Shown in pieces: positions 8,334-15,906 of a DNA stretch of 29,458 nt. The DNA lies in the IMG/VR virus record IMGVR_UViG_3300043756_000044, positions 1 through 29,458 of that record. One strand, written 5' to 3'. Position 1 is the first letter of the stretch; every line of letters begins with the position of its first letter. The position numbers and the translations under genes are program-made. The stretch comes from a virus. Taxonomy: Duplodnaviria > Caudoviricetes. A model generated the notes under the pieces. That model saw nothing but the letters and a program-made list of their open reading frames with translations, did not search any database and had not been told where the DNA came from.

Positions 8334-11300
8334 TATTGTTGCGCCCTCATTTCCTGCCACACCTGTCCGAATATGGTGTACGCATAGAGTTCACTTAATT
8401 CATCCTCGGCGGGCCACGATAACCCGAGCATAAGGTGCCGACACCACACCGGATTCTGTCCCGTTAATACAGCATGGCGGTTGGCAATAATGGTTTCGCT
8501 CGGGGGGAGATTCGGGGGGTCTTGTCGGGTACGCGGAAACGTCTCATACGTCCCCGATAACTCCCCGAATAATGCACTCAATTCCGGCGCGGAACCGGCT
8601 GCGGAACTCTCCACTGTGAACCACGCAACCCCGGCTAATTGTCCCGGTACGGCGAGGTTAATATTGCCGAAAAATACCGTCATCTGGTACGGGGTTCCGG
8701 TATCGGTTCGGGTATTCAAATCGCGAATTCTTATCGCTCCCCCGCTGCTCGCCGGTCCCACTAATAACATGCGAACGCCGGGGGTTATTTCTACCGATTG
8801 CACCGCACTGATTCCCCCATTAATGTACGCGGGAGGGTTCCAATGCTGTCCCGTATCGGGTGCAGTTACGGAGGAGAATCGAATCCATTTCTGGTTGTAA
8901 TCGGATACGTATAATGCTGCCTCCGCATTGACCCCTGTGTGGTACGAAAGCTGGCTGGAATCGGGTGGGAATTGATTGGCAATAATGTCCGCAATGGGGA
9001 ATGAAACCTCAAGAATTCCGCCACCGGGATCAAGCGCCATAATCTGTCGTTGTCCGGTTAATAAATACGCCGTTGTGAGGTTCACGGTGAACGCGTCATA
9101 GTTCAATAACGGCATGTTTTCAATCCAGCGGCTGATGAAAAATGGCTGGTCCGCGCCGTTGCCCTGAATGACGTAAACATCCCTCACGGTGAACACGCAC
9201 ATGCCGAGCGAATTCGCCCACAAACGGGTAATGGATGACTGCACGGTGAAGCTGATATTGAACCCTGTATTACCGTTCGAACCGGAGAGCGATGCGTCGG
9301 GACCGGAGCTAATCCACACCACGTTCCCCACCCCGGCGAATATCCTGCCCACGTGATATTCAAGGCAGGTTGCCCCCTGCGGCAGCGGTGTATTGACGCC
9401 CGTATTCGGGGCTTGCTGCGTGATGTCGAGAGCGCTGTCGGGCTTGTTGTCGACGTAGGTCCATGTCTGTCCCGCGCCGGGGTTCGGAACCGAGCCGAGA
9501 TAGAGGAACGTGGACCCGTTCTGCAGCGTTCGCCATAGCTTGATTGTGTCCACTCCCGGCTGTCCTGTTCCCTCCCCCTGAATGATTAGCTGGTTGCCTG
9601 CGGTGACGGTGATCTCGGGTGCCTGCGGGGACATGTTGCTCTGATCGATGTTCACGGAATTGAAGAAGGTATAGCCGTACAGAACCGGCCCCGCTCCCTG
9701 CGGAGCAAAGGCACCGGCGTTCTGCCAGAGCACGCTGTTATCGGTGGTAATCGCGCCTGAATCAATCGCCCAATCCGGGGTATTGGTGCCGCTCACCCCG
9801 GCGCTGAATATGTTCTGCAGGTAGCCGTTGGAATCGACGATGGTGGACGCTGCGGAGAGTTCCGTATTCGCTCCGATATCGTTCCAACTGAGAGCGCGTC
9901 CCAAGCATTGCCATACCACGCCACCATCCGATATCTGCGTATTCACCCCGCCGCGCCAGTGCGGTTCTGTGCCTCCGCTGTTCCCCGGCTGAATGGAAAC
10001 ATAAAGCTGGTTCGGCGTGCCGGAAACGGCAGTCACAACCCCTATGACTACCGCCCCGGTTGCGTAGGAATGATTCGCCTGCCAGCGCGAAGAACCGAGA
10101 TTGGTCCACGTCACCGAGCCGTCAGAAGTGGTTTGTCCCACGTTCTGATTCCATGCTGGCTCACCGCCGCCGGTTGTGCCGGTCCCGTTGGCAAACTGCA
10201 CATTGCCACCCACTGCGTTGAAGACTGAACCCACCGCGAAGACGTTGGCGGTCGCGTTCCAGCGGTTGCCGCTCCCGTCCTGTACGTATGCCTGCAGCGT
10301 CTGCCCCTGCATCCTGCACGTCCACCCGTGACCGCGATTGCCGGGGGCTGCAGCGTGACCGCTCATCGCGCACGTTTCGACGAATTGCGAGCCGGTATAT
10401 CCGGGCGGCAATCCATGCACATCGCCGTTGTTGAGTCCGGCGAAGATCATCGCAACGTTGTTGGCTCCGCTGGTGGGAATGATGACAGCCGTACCATTCG
10501 CCACTGACGTTGTGTAGGTGTTCTGGCCTCCAGTCCAATACACGCTGAACACTGCAGCGTTGCCATGCCACGAATTGCCGCTCCCGTCATCGTAGAGAGT
10601 CTGAATGGTCGACCCGCTCAGTTTGCAGTAGTACACGCCCTGCATCGCGTGATCGACGTTATCTGACGACACCATGCCTATCTGGTGCATGGAATTTCCC
10701 CACGAAACTCCTCCCGGCTGGAACACCTGAGAGCCATCGCCACCGACCCCAACTTGCAGCCAGATTTGATCTCCTAGCTGTGTGTGGAAGGTGATGCCGT
10801 GATAGCCGCCGTTGTAGTACTCCGAAACACCCCCGCCCGTGTCCCATGCAATCGCAATCCAGTTGGTCGATGCTGCGATTCCTGCCCCGCCTGAGCGGTT
10901 CTGAAAGTTCGATTGCACTACTCCACCCGTGCCGAGCGATTGAAAGACGCCTGCCACGGTGTTCGCTTGGTCCAGTCCAACACCTGCAGTCGTCCACACG
11001 ATGAGCCGTGAGGCGTCGAAGCCAGAGGGTAGGGAAATGCTTGCACCGCTCGAAAAATCCTGTCCGCAGATGATGGCAACCTGTCCGCCGCCCTGCGTCG
11101 GAATCACGTTGAAGTTCGATGGAATGTTGTTGAGATCATCCAGAATAACGATGCCGCTGAGAGCGCTGGAATGGACCTGATACGCCGTACCCGGTTGCCA
11201 CTGCGGATAGTTATTCGGTCGCGATTGCTGGATCACGCTTGGTGCGGAGGTCGGTGCATCCAGTCCCCACCGTCCGATGAAATCGGAGGTATGGTCCCAC

Positions 11301-11758
11301 TGCATATTGTCGACACCGTTGGAAAAATAAAGGTTGTTGCCGACCGATTGAAAGTAGGTTGAACCCGCGCCCGCGCTCTTCTGAAACATCATGCGCGTGC
11401 TTCCCGGCGTTACGTCCCACACCTGTTGCGGCGTATCGGCGAGCACATGAATCGCCTCGCTATTCATGGTGAAGGTATTGAACGAATAGAACCGCCGCAC
11501 CGGGGGAAAGGGACCATCGTTGTAGACGCTCAGACCGGCGCGGCGACGCAGCGTTTGTTTCGGCGTGATCTCGCAATTGATGCCTGCGGTGATGGCATCC
11601 TGCATCCCGCCGTAGAACTTTTCCACCATCGCGCTTGAGCCTGCATCGCGCAGGGGATTGGTATTCGTCCACATGCCCGTGAGCATCCGGTTCACATGGA
11701 GCGGAGCAAAGGCGCTTGACTCAAGCTGCGCACCCGATACTTGGAGAGCGCTGCTCAT
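8333..11758 (-). CDS. Tail nozzle / tail tubular protein B-like protein with inserted carbohydrate-binding-like repeats (1141 aa)
   Basis: N-terminal INCEI...LRRRAG and beta-propeller-like segments (NLYFSNG, GRIFAG...VWIS). Internal WQANHSY/DGSVTWT-type repeats. Lies after the adaptor genes. Confidence 0.7.
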   Translation of the reverse strand: MSSALQVSGAQLESSAFAPLHVNRMLTGMWTNTNPLRDAGSSAMVEKFYGGMQDAITAGINCEITPKQTLRRRAGLSVYNDGPFPPVRRFYSFNTFTMNSEAIHVLADTPQQVWDVTPGSTRMMFQKSAGAGSTYFQSVGNNLYFSNGVDNMQWDHTSDFIGRWGLDAPTSAPSVIQQSRPNNYPQWQPGTAYQVHSSALSGIVILDDLNNIPSNFNVIPTQGGGQVAIICGQDFSSGASISLPSGFDASRLIVWTTAGVGLDQANTVAGVFQSLGTGGVVQSNFQNRSGGAGIAASTNWIAIAWDTGGGVSEYYNGGYHGITFHTQLGDQIWLQVGVGGDGSQVFQPGGVSWGNSMHQIGMVSSDNVDHAMQGVYYCKLSGSTIQTLYDDGSGNSWHGNAAVFSVYWTGGQNTYTTSVANGTAVIIPTSGANNVAMIFAGLNNGDVHGLPPGYTGSQFVETCAMSGHAAAPGNRGHGWTCRMQGQTLQAYVQDGSGNRWNATANVFAVGSVFNAVGGNVQFANGTGTTGGGEPAWNQNVGQTTSDGSVTWTNLGSSRWQANHSYATGAVVIGVVTAVSGTPNQLYVSIQPGNSGGTEPHWRGGVNTQISDGGVVWQCLGRALSWNDIGANTELSAASTIVDSNGYLQNIFSAGVSGTNTPDWAIDSGAITTDNSVLWQNAGAFAPQGAGPVLYGYTFFNSVNIDQSNMSPQAPEITVTAGNQLIIQGEGTGQPGVDTIKLWRTLQNGSTFLYLGSVPNPGAGQTWTYVDNKPDSALDITQQAPNTGVNTPLPQGATCLEYHVGRIFAGVGNVVWISSGPDASLSGSNGNTGFNISFTVQSSITRLWANSLGMCVFTVRDVYVIQGNGADQPFFISRWIENMPLLNYDAFTVNLTTAYLLTGQRQIMALDPGGGILEVSFPIADIIANQFPPDSSQLSYHTGVNAEAALYVSDYNQKWIRFSSVTAPDTGQHWNPPAYINGGISAVQSVEITPGVRMLLVGPASSGGAIRIRDLNTRTDTGTPYQMTVFFGNINLAVPGQLAGVAWFTVESSAAGSAPELSALFGELSGTYETFPRTRQDPPNLPPSETIIANRHAVLTGQNPVWCRHLMLGLSWPAEDELSELYAYTIFGQVWQEMRAQQ

Positions 11759-12033
11759 GCCGCCCCCATGTAGACTGAAAGAGCCTTCTTTCGGGGCGGA
11801 CTGCTCACATGGGCAGAATTGGGAACCGGCTTCCTAGAGCCGGTTCCTGATTCCACTGAAAGGAGGTGATTATCTGTGTACTTGGAAGTAAGGATTAGGA
11901 TTTCAGACAAGCTCATCACGCTTGTTCTGAAAACGTTCATCACAGTTGCCGCGATTATGCGACTCCTGTAATCAACCACCCTCGTCAGTGTCCGCTGGCG
12001 GGGGTGCTTTTTAATTGTAGCAAACCCCCTCAT
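11755..12033 (-). CDS. Possible 92-aa bridge ORF antisense to peptide cassette 1
   Basis: ATGA overlap with the upstream stop (12030-12033) and with the downstream start (11755-11758). The protein has no recognisable features. Confidence 0.3.
   Translation of the reverse strand: MRGFATIKKHPRQRTLTRVVDYRSRIIAATVMNVFRTSVMSLSEILILTSKYTDNHLLSVESGTGSRKPVPNSAHVSSPPRKKALSVYMGAA
11771..11866 (+). promoter_or_regulatory. Putative -10 (TAGACT) and SD-sequestering 5' leader of peptide 1
   Basis: TAGACT 11771-11776. Anti-SD CCTTCTTTCGG 11784-11794 can pair with CTGAAAGGAGG 11856-11866, enclosing hairpin 11821-11848. No good -35 seen. Confidence 0.6.
11815..12007 (-). ncRNA. Putative cis-antisense (antitoxin-like) RNA 1; ends approximate
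   Basis: Would start below the extended -10 TGCTACAAT (12014-12022, minus), cover the peptide 1 ORF and SD, and reach the hairpin at 11821-11848. Confidence 0.45.
11876..11971 (+). CDS. 31-aa hydrophobic peptide, type I toxin-like (not in ORF track)
   Basis: SD AAAGGAGGTGA at 11859-11869 and GTG start: MYLEVRIRISDKLITLVLKTFITVAAIMRLL. A terminator follows. Confidence 0.75.
   Translation: MYLEVRIRISDKLITLVLKTFITVAAIMRLL
11977..12012 (+). terminator. Intrinsic terminator after peptide 1
   Basis: CACCCTCGTCAG-TGTCCG-CTGGCGGGGGTG, a 12-bp stem fully paired only on the plus strand (G-U pairs), followed by CTTTTT. Confidence 0.7.
12011..12024 (-). promoter_or_regulatory. Extended -10 promoter (TTTGCTACAATTAA), convergent on peptide 1
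   Basis: TG-n-TACAAT. The identical 14-mer recurs at 13174-13187 in the same position relative to peptide 2. Confidence 0.65.
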
Positions 12034-12752
12034 TGCTGCCTCGCCATGATGCCCTGTTGCGTGCTCTGCTGTGTGCGCTGCGGTTCGGCGATGACATCAA
12101 GCCAGTTGCCGAGAAAGATGTTGCGCTGCATCGCGCTCAATCCATCCTGAGCGCCGAGCAGATGACCGATGAACTTGGCAGAGAAGACAGGGAATCGCGC
12201 ATCCTTGGTGAGCATCGCGACGTAGGAGAGAAATCCCCAATCGTAGATGTAGGAAAGATGGTCGGGGATCGGCGTCCACGAAGACGCGAGCGATGACATC
12301 CAGTATGGCGCTTTCTGAAACACGCCGTTCAGCACGTAGGCATCATCGGGAATCGCGTTCAGGCGGAAGACAACGTAATCATCATCGCCGATGCTCTGCG
12401 TTGATATGCTCTGCGGTCGCTGAATGCTGGACTCTTCGGCAAGCACGTTCTGGACTTTGATCTCTTTCGTTTGCCCCTTGCTGTTAATGAGCCAAGCTTT
12501 CTCAAGGAATCCGAACTGCGTTAGCTGCAGCGAGTAATCCTGCAACGGGCGGATGGGATTGCCGTATTCGTCTTCGTTGGGAATCTGAATGGTGAACGTT
12601 CCACGATTCCAAGGCCATGCGAACGGAGCGCCGAGCATGGTTTGCTTGGTCATGTTCGCGGCAGTGAGCGCGGGTTCGCCATTCGACACGTTCACCGGCT
12701 GGTAGCCAAGGAAGGGAAGCGAATAGAGTGCGCTGGACATCACGTTTCTCAT
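12030..12752 (-). CDS. Head-tail adaptor / tail tubular protein A-like, paralog 2 (240 aa)
   Basis: EPALTAANMTKQTMLGAPFAWPWNR, QDY...GFLEKAW and PIPDHL motifs align by eye with 13711-14730. Lies upstream of the nozzle. Confidence 0.65.
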   Translation of the reverse strand: MRNVMSSALYSLPFLGYQPVNVSNGEPALTAANMTKQTMLGAPFAWPWNRGTFTIQIPNEDEYGNPIRPLQDYSLQLTQFGFLEKAWLINSKGQTKEIKVQNVLAEESSIQRPQSISTQSIGDDDYVVFRLNAIPDDAYVLNGVFQKAPYWMSSLASSWTPIPDHLSYIYDWGFLSYVAMLTKDARFPVFSAKFIGHLLGAQDGLSAMQRNIFLGNWLDVIAEPQRTQQSTQQGIMARQQ

Positions 12753-13240
12753 TCCTTTTCCCTCGCTTCTTCACACGCCCGCGCTGCCGCATGGATCGTG
12801 TCTTCGTTGACGTTCCCGGTTTCGATGACCACGATGCACACCAATGGCGCGGTTCGCTGGAACTGCGGCGAGCCGATGCGCACGCGCTGGTGGCATCCTG
12901 TGAGGAAGCAGGCTGTTAGACTGAGGATGGCTCCTTTCCAAGTGCGCCATCGGTTAAAAGGTCGTACCGGCCTTGTAACCGTAGAGGCGGTCATCAAGGC
13001 CGGTTCGAGGAAAGGAGATTGCGATGTGAGAGGTAAAGCTTTTCTATGCTTGCCTTGGCTGCATGTACGCGTCGTCATTGACTGGCGATTCGTACTGGCA
13101 GTTACAACACTTGCAAAAGTCCTGCTGCGGTAGGACTTCACTTCATCCGGGGGAACGCAACCCTCGGATGAACTTAATTGTAGCAAAGGCGCTATTCCGC
13201 TCTGCATACGCGCACCCCGTCCTCTGCATCGCTGGATCAT
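12749..13240 (-). CDS. Bridge ORF / small lipoprotein; start uncertain (13240 or 12994)
   Basis: Open from 3 nt after the upstream stop to an ATGA overlap with the adaptor. From Met 12994 it reads MTASTVTRPVRPFNRWRTWKGAILSLTACFLTG-C, resembling a lipoprotein signal. Confidence 0.4.
   Translation of the reverse strand: MIQRCRGRGARMQSGIAPLLQLSSSEGCVPPDEVKSYRSRTFASVVTASTNRQSMTTRTCSQGKHRKALPLTSQSPFLEPALMTASTVTRPVRPFNRWRTWKGAILSLTACFLTGCHQRVRIGSPQFQRTAPLVCIVVIETGNVNEDTIHAAARACEEAREKE
12914..13017 (+). promoter_or_regulatory. Putative extended -10 (TGtTAGACT) and SD-sequestering leader of peptide 2
   Basis: TAGACT 12917-12922. Anti-SD CTCCTTTCC 12931-12939 is the exact complement of GGAAAGGAG 13009-13017, enclosing hairpin 12966-13004. 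Confidence 0.65.
12955..13170 (-). ncRNA. Putative cis-antisense (antitoxin-like) RNA 2; ends approximate
   Basis: Lies downstream of TGCTACAAT (13177-13185, minus), covers peptide 2 and its SD, and would end after hairpin 12966-13004 plus CTTTT. Confidence 0.45.
13026..13133 (+). CDS. 35-aa hydrophobic/basic peptide, type I toxin-like
   Basis: SD AAAGGAG and GTG start: MRGKAFLCLPWLHVRVVIDWRFVLAVTTLAKVLLR. Same cassette layout as peptide 1. Confidence 0.7.
   Translation: MRGKAFLCLPWLHVRVVIDWRFVLAVTTLAKVLLR
13142..13179 (+). terminator. Terminator-like hairpin after peptide 2
   Basis: TTCATCCGGGGG-AACGCAA-CCCTCGGATGAA, a 12-bp stem (one G-U on the plus strand) with a weak U tract (CTTAATT). 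Confidence 0.5.
13174..13187 (-). promoter_or_regulatory. Extended -10 promoter (TTTGCTACAATTAA), convergent on peptide 2
   Basis: Exact copy of 12011-12024. Confidence 0.65.
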
Positions 13241-13243
13241 GGT

Positions 13244-13711
13244 TTACTTCTTTCGATCTCGCCCGCCCTGTTGTCCCGCGAACTGCTGGAACTTGATTTC
13301 TCCACCGGATGCCTCGCCAGCAATCACGCTGACATCGCATGTGGCAGTGATGGTTTTCTTGCCTTCCCCGAGATCGGCGTCAGCGGTTGCCTGAAACTGG
13401 ACAGGTCCAATCGGGCCTACGGAATGAATATTGGCGATTAACGGGTTGCCGGAAGCCACTTCAATCGTTGCGATATCTTCATCGCTGGACGCCCACTCGG
13501 TAGGACCATCTACCTTCGCGGGATTGCCTGCCTTGTCAACCCACTCGATAGACAGCGTTGCGTACTGCCCGGACTGCATTGTGTTGGACATGTGCTCTCC
13601 TTTGAAAACGTATTGACCTAACGTGAAGGTGAAGATTGCCCGATACGGTGTCACGTAGGGAACGCCGTGCTGGATGATGAGGGGGGTTGCAAAACTCACT
13701 TCTAGCTTCAT
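13244..13711 (-). CDS. Ig-like domain virion protein (155 aa from 13711, or 115 aa from 13591)
   Basis: DKAGNP...EWASSDEDIATI...ATADAD resembles Big_2-like folds. TGATG-coupled start at 13711 and AAAGGAG-preceded ATG at 13591. Confidence 0.65.
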   Translation of the reverse strand: MKLEVSFATPLIIQHGVPYVTPYRAIFTFTLGQYVFKGEHMSNTMQSGQYATLSIEWVDKAGNPAKVDGPTEWASSDEDIATIEVASGNPLIANIHSVGPIGPVQFQATADADLGEGKKTITATCDVSVIAGEASGGEIKFQQFAGQQGGRDRKK

Positions 13712-14730
13712 CAGCTTCCTCCCCACTGTCGCCAATATGGATTGCCGGGGCCGGGGTCCGTGTAGTACTCGGGTTGCAGCATTCCACGGTCGGGGAAGAA
13801 TCCGCGCCCTTCGTCTTCGCGGTCCCCCTGTTGCATGAGGTTTTTGATCGACGCAAGCCACTCCTGTTTCATCGGCGCGTACCGCGCTCTGACAAGGGGA
13901 ACGGCACTGTAGCGGTGAGCGAACGCGATGAAGCCATCGCGGAAGGATTTCGCGTTGTCCTCGGGAACAGGATCGATAGTGTCCTGCAGGCTGGTATAAA
14001 CGGGGGCCGTCTTCTGGTAGAAGATGCGGATGAGCCATGTTGCCCCGGCAGAATCGGGCGGCGGCGGGAACATGCGAATGCCATCAGCGAACGGATCGGC
14101 AACCGTCCATTCGCACGTTCCATCGACGATGACCTGTCCAACCGGCCAATCAGGGGGCTTTTTCGGTCCAACCCACGAAGGGGCAACGGGCGGCTCTGAG
14201 CCGGTCACACCCCACTTGGTCAGCACCAGAATGTTTCCTTGGCTGTCAAGAATGTTGGTTGGCGGATTATCCGGCGTTACCGGAACGCCGTAGGGATTGA
14301 CGTAGGTTTTGTAAGGTCCGGGCCAATAGCCTTGTTCCAGTTGATTGTTGGGGAGGGTGCATACACGTGTCGGCCAACCTGCCATGACGCGAGAGATATT
14401 CAAATCGCGTACGCATTCAATCGGCCATGCCGGGGGAGGGACAATCGTTGTGTTGAGTTGAATGCGGTAGGCGTTTTCGAGCCAACCCACATTGTTAATG
14501 TTGAGACTCGCGTAATCCTGTTGTCGCGAGACAAGGAAGAAGGGTGGATATTTTGCGCGGTTCCACTTCCACGGGAACCGCATCGATAGCATGTCCTGAA
14601 TCACATCGTTGGCAATGGTGAGCGCGGGTTCGGCTGCAAACCCACCCGTGCTCACCAATACAGGATTCAGATCGCCAATCGTGCTTACCGAATCGATTAA
14701 ATCCTGTATACGCGTAACTGCGTTTCCCAT
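13711..14730 (-). CDS. Head-tail adaptor-like protein, paralog 1, with inserted repeat module (339 aa)
   Basis: EPALTIANDVIQDMLSMRFPWKWNR, IRMFPPP and PVPED motifs. GAGG RBS; lies after the capsid cluster. Confidence 0.65.
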   Translation of the reverse strand: MGNAVTRIQDLIDSVSTIGDLNPVLVSTGGFAAEPALTIANDVIQDMLSMRFPWKWNRAKYPPFFLVSRQQDYASLNINNVGWLENAYRIQLNTTIVPPPAWPIECVRDLNISRVMAGWPTRVCTLPNNQLEQGYWPGPYKTYVNPYGVPVTPDNPPTNILDSQGNILVLTKWGVTGSEPPVAPSWVGPKKPPDWPVGQVIVDGTCEWTVADPFADGIRMFPPPPDSAGATWLIRIFYQKTAPVYTSLQDTIDPVPEDNAKSFRDGFIAFAHRYSAVPLVRARYAPMKQEWLASIKNLMQQGDREDEGRGFFPDRGMLQPEYYTDPGPGNPYWRQWGGS

Positions 14731-14740
14731 AACGCCTCAC

Positions 14741-15433
14741 TCAATCTGCTGCCGATGCCTTGTGACGTGGAGGACCACCCGAGCCGGGGACGCCTTGCTC
14801 TTTCTGCTCTTCGGCCCTGCGTTCGCGGAAGTTTTCGATGTACGTCTTCCATTGCTCGGCGGTCATCGATTGCGCTTCCATGTGATCGATGGAGGTATCA
14901 CGCTGGAAATCTGGATTGAGTAGAACGCCGATTGCCGCCGCTGCCTTTTTCTGGTTCTTCACAAAGCGGGCTTGGAACTCATCGTTTGCCCGCTCGTTTT
15001 TTACAGCCTGAGAAACCAGATAAGCGCGGTAGTCACGGAACGCGATGAATTGCTGTTTCCCGGCAGCGATTTCGTCGTAGTTGGGCATTCCTTTGCTGGC
15101 ATCGCCGGGAGGGAACTCCGACTTGGGGTCGTAGTTTTCCTGTTTGTAATCGTCCTCAGTCTTGCCGTTAGGGAACATCTCTTTCGGAAGTTCCACCTCT
15201 TCCTCTTCATCGTCCCCACCCTGAGAATCGAATTTGTTGTCCTCGGCAGCGCCGGTTGTGCCTGTGCTGGAATCGTCGTCATGTTCGTCACCGCCGCCAC
15301 CGGCAGCGGCATAGCTGTAGTGTCTCTGTTCCTCATCCATAGCCTTCTCCTTTTTCTTGGGCTTGGCTTTGTGGGCAGCGAGCGGCTTTGCTGCCCTCAC
15401 TTTGACTTTGGTTTTTGCCTTGTGCATTGCCAT
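14741..15433 (-). CDS. Hypothetical protein with Lys-rich N-terminus and acidic core (230 aa)
   Basis: ORF fills the operon slot. Internal AAGGAG RBS before ATG 15340. Confidence 0.7.
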   Translation of the reverse strand: MAMHKAKTKVKVRAAKPLAAHKAKPKKKEKAMDEEQRHYSYAAAGGGGDEHDDDSSTGTTGAAEDNKFDSQGGDDEEEEVELPKEMFPNGKTEDDYKQENYDPKSEFPPGDASKGMPNYDEIAAGKQQFIAFRDYRAYLVSQAVKNERANDEFQARFVKNQKKAAAAIGVLLNPDFQRDTSIDHMEAQSMTAEQWKTYIENFRERRAEEQKEQGVPGSGGPPRHKASAAD

Positions 15434-15436
15434 AGA

Positions 15437-15895
15437 TCACGCTGCCGTCTGGTTTTGGGAAACCAAGTAGATTTGCGAGCCGCCTGTGGTGTTGTCGGTG
15501 GGGAATGCCACGGCTTCCTGATATTCCTTAACCTCCAACATGTAGGCGCGTTTCTCTTCGCCGCTCGCGTTTCGTGGGGGTGGTTCGGGCGGTTTCCAGA
15601 GTTTGAAACACCGCATACAGATCACGATTTGCGGGCCGGTCGGCAGAATGAATTTCGCAACGGCGTAGTGCGAATCGTTGCCTTGCATCAGCGATTCGAC
15701 GCCCATGCCGCCTTTCTTGTGCCAACACAGCGCCTGCGTTCGATCTCTGTTCTCCCGCTCAGATCGAAGCGAGTCCTCAATCGAACGTCGCCTGATTTCG
15801 CGGGTGTTTTGCCGACCACGCATCTCCTGCACCCGATAGCGCATTTCCTCCAGTTGCAGGGCTTCCATCTCCGATTGAATTGACTTTTCTGGCAT
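15437..15895 (-). CDS. Hypothetical protein, coiled coil plus putative Zn site (152 aa)
   Basis: AAAGGAG RBS. CWH...H...CMRC pattern. Directly after the capsid gene. Confidence 0.75.
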   Translation of the reverse strand: MPEKSIQSEMEALQLEEMRYRVQEMRGRQNTREIRRRSIEDSLRSERENRDRTQALCWHKKGGMGVESLMQGNDSHYAVAKFILPTGPQIVICMRCFKLWKPPEPPPRNASGEEKRAYMLEVKEYQEAVAFPTDNTTGGSQIYLVSQNQTAA

Positions 15896-15906
15896 TCCTG
15901 CTCCTT

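Noticed and set aside
11744-12740. Adaptor 2 and nozzle both contain MSSAL at or near their N-terminus
   Set aside because: Codons differ and similarity does not extend further; probably coincidence.
13024-13029. ATG-TGA start-stop overlapping the GTG of peptide 2
   Set aside because: It could dampen translation, but it has no counterpart in cassette 1, so it cannot be supported as functional.
12642-13133. 163-aa plus-strand ORF in the track
   Set aside because: Only the last 35 codons follow a strong SD. The upstream part overlaps the adaptor gene and lies before the predicted promoter.
14972-15883. 303-aa plus-strand ORF, and many other plus-strand ORFs between 32 and 25519
   Set aside because: Antisense shadows of well-supported minus-strand genes in GC-rich DNA, with no RBS or recognisable motifs.
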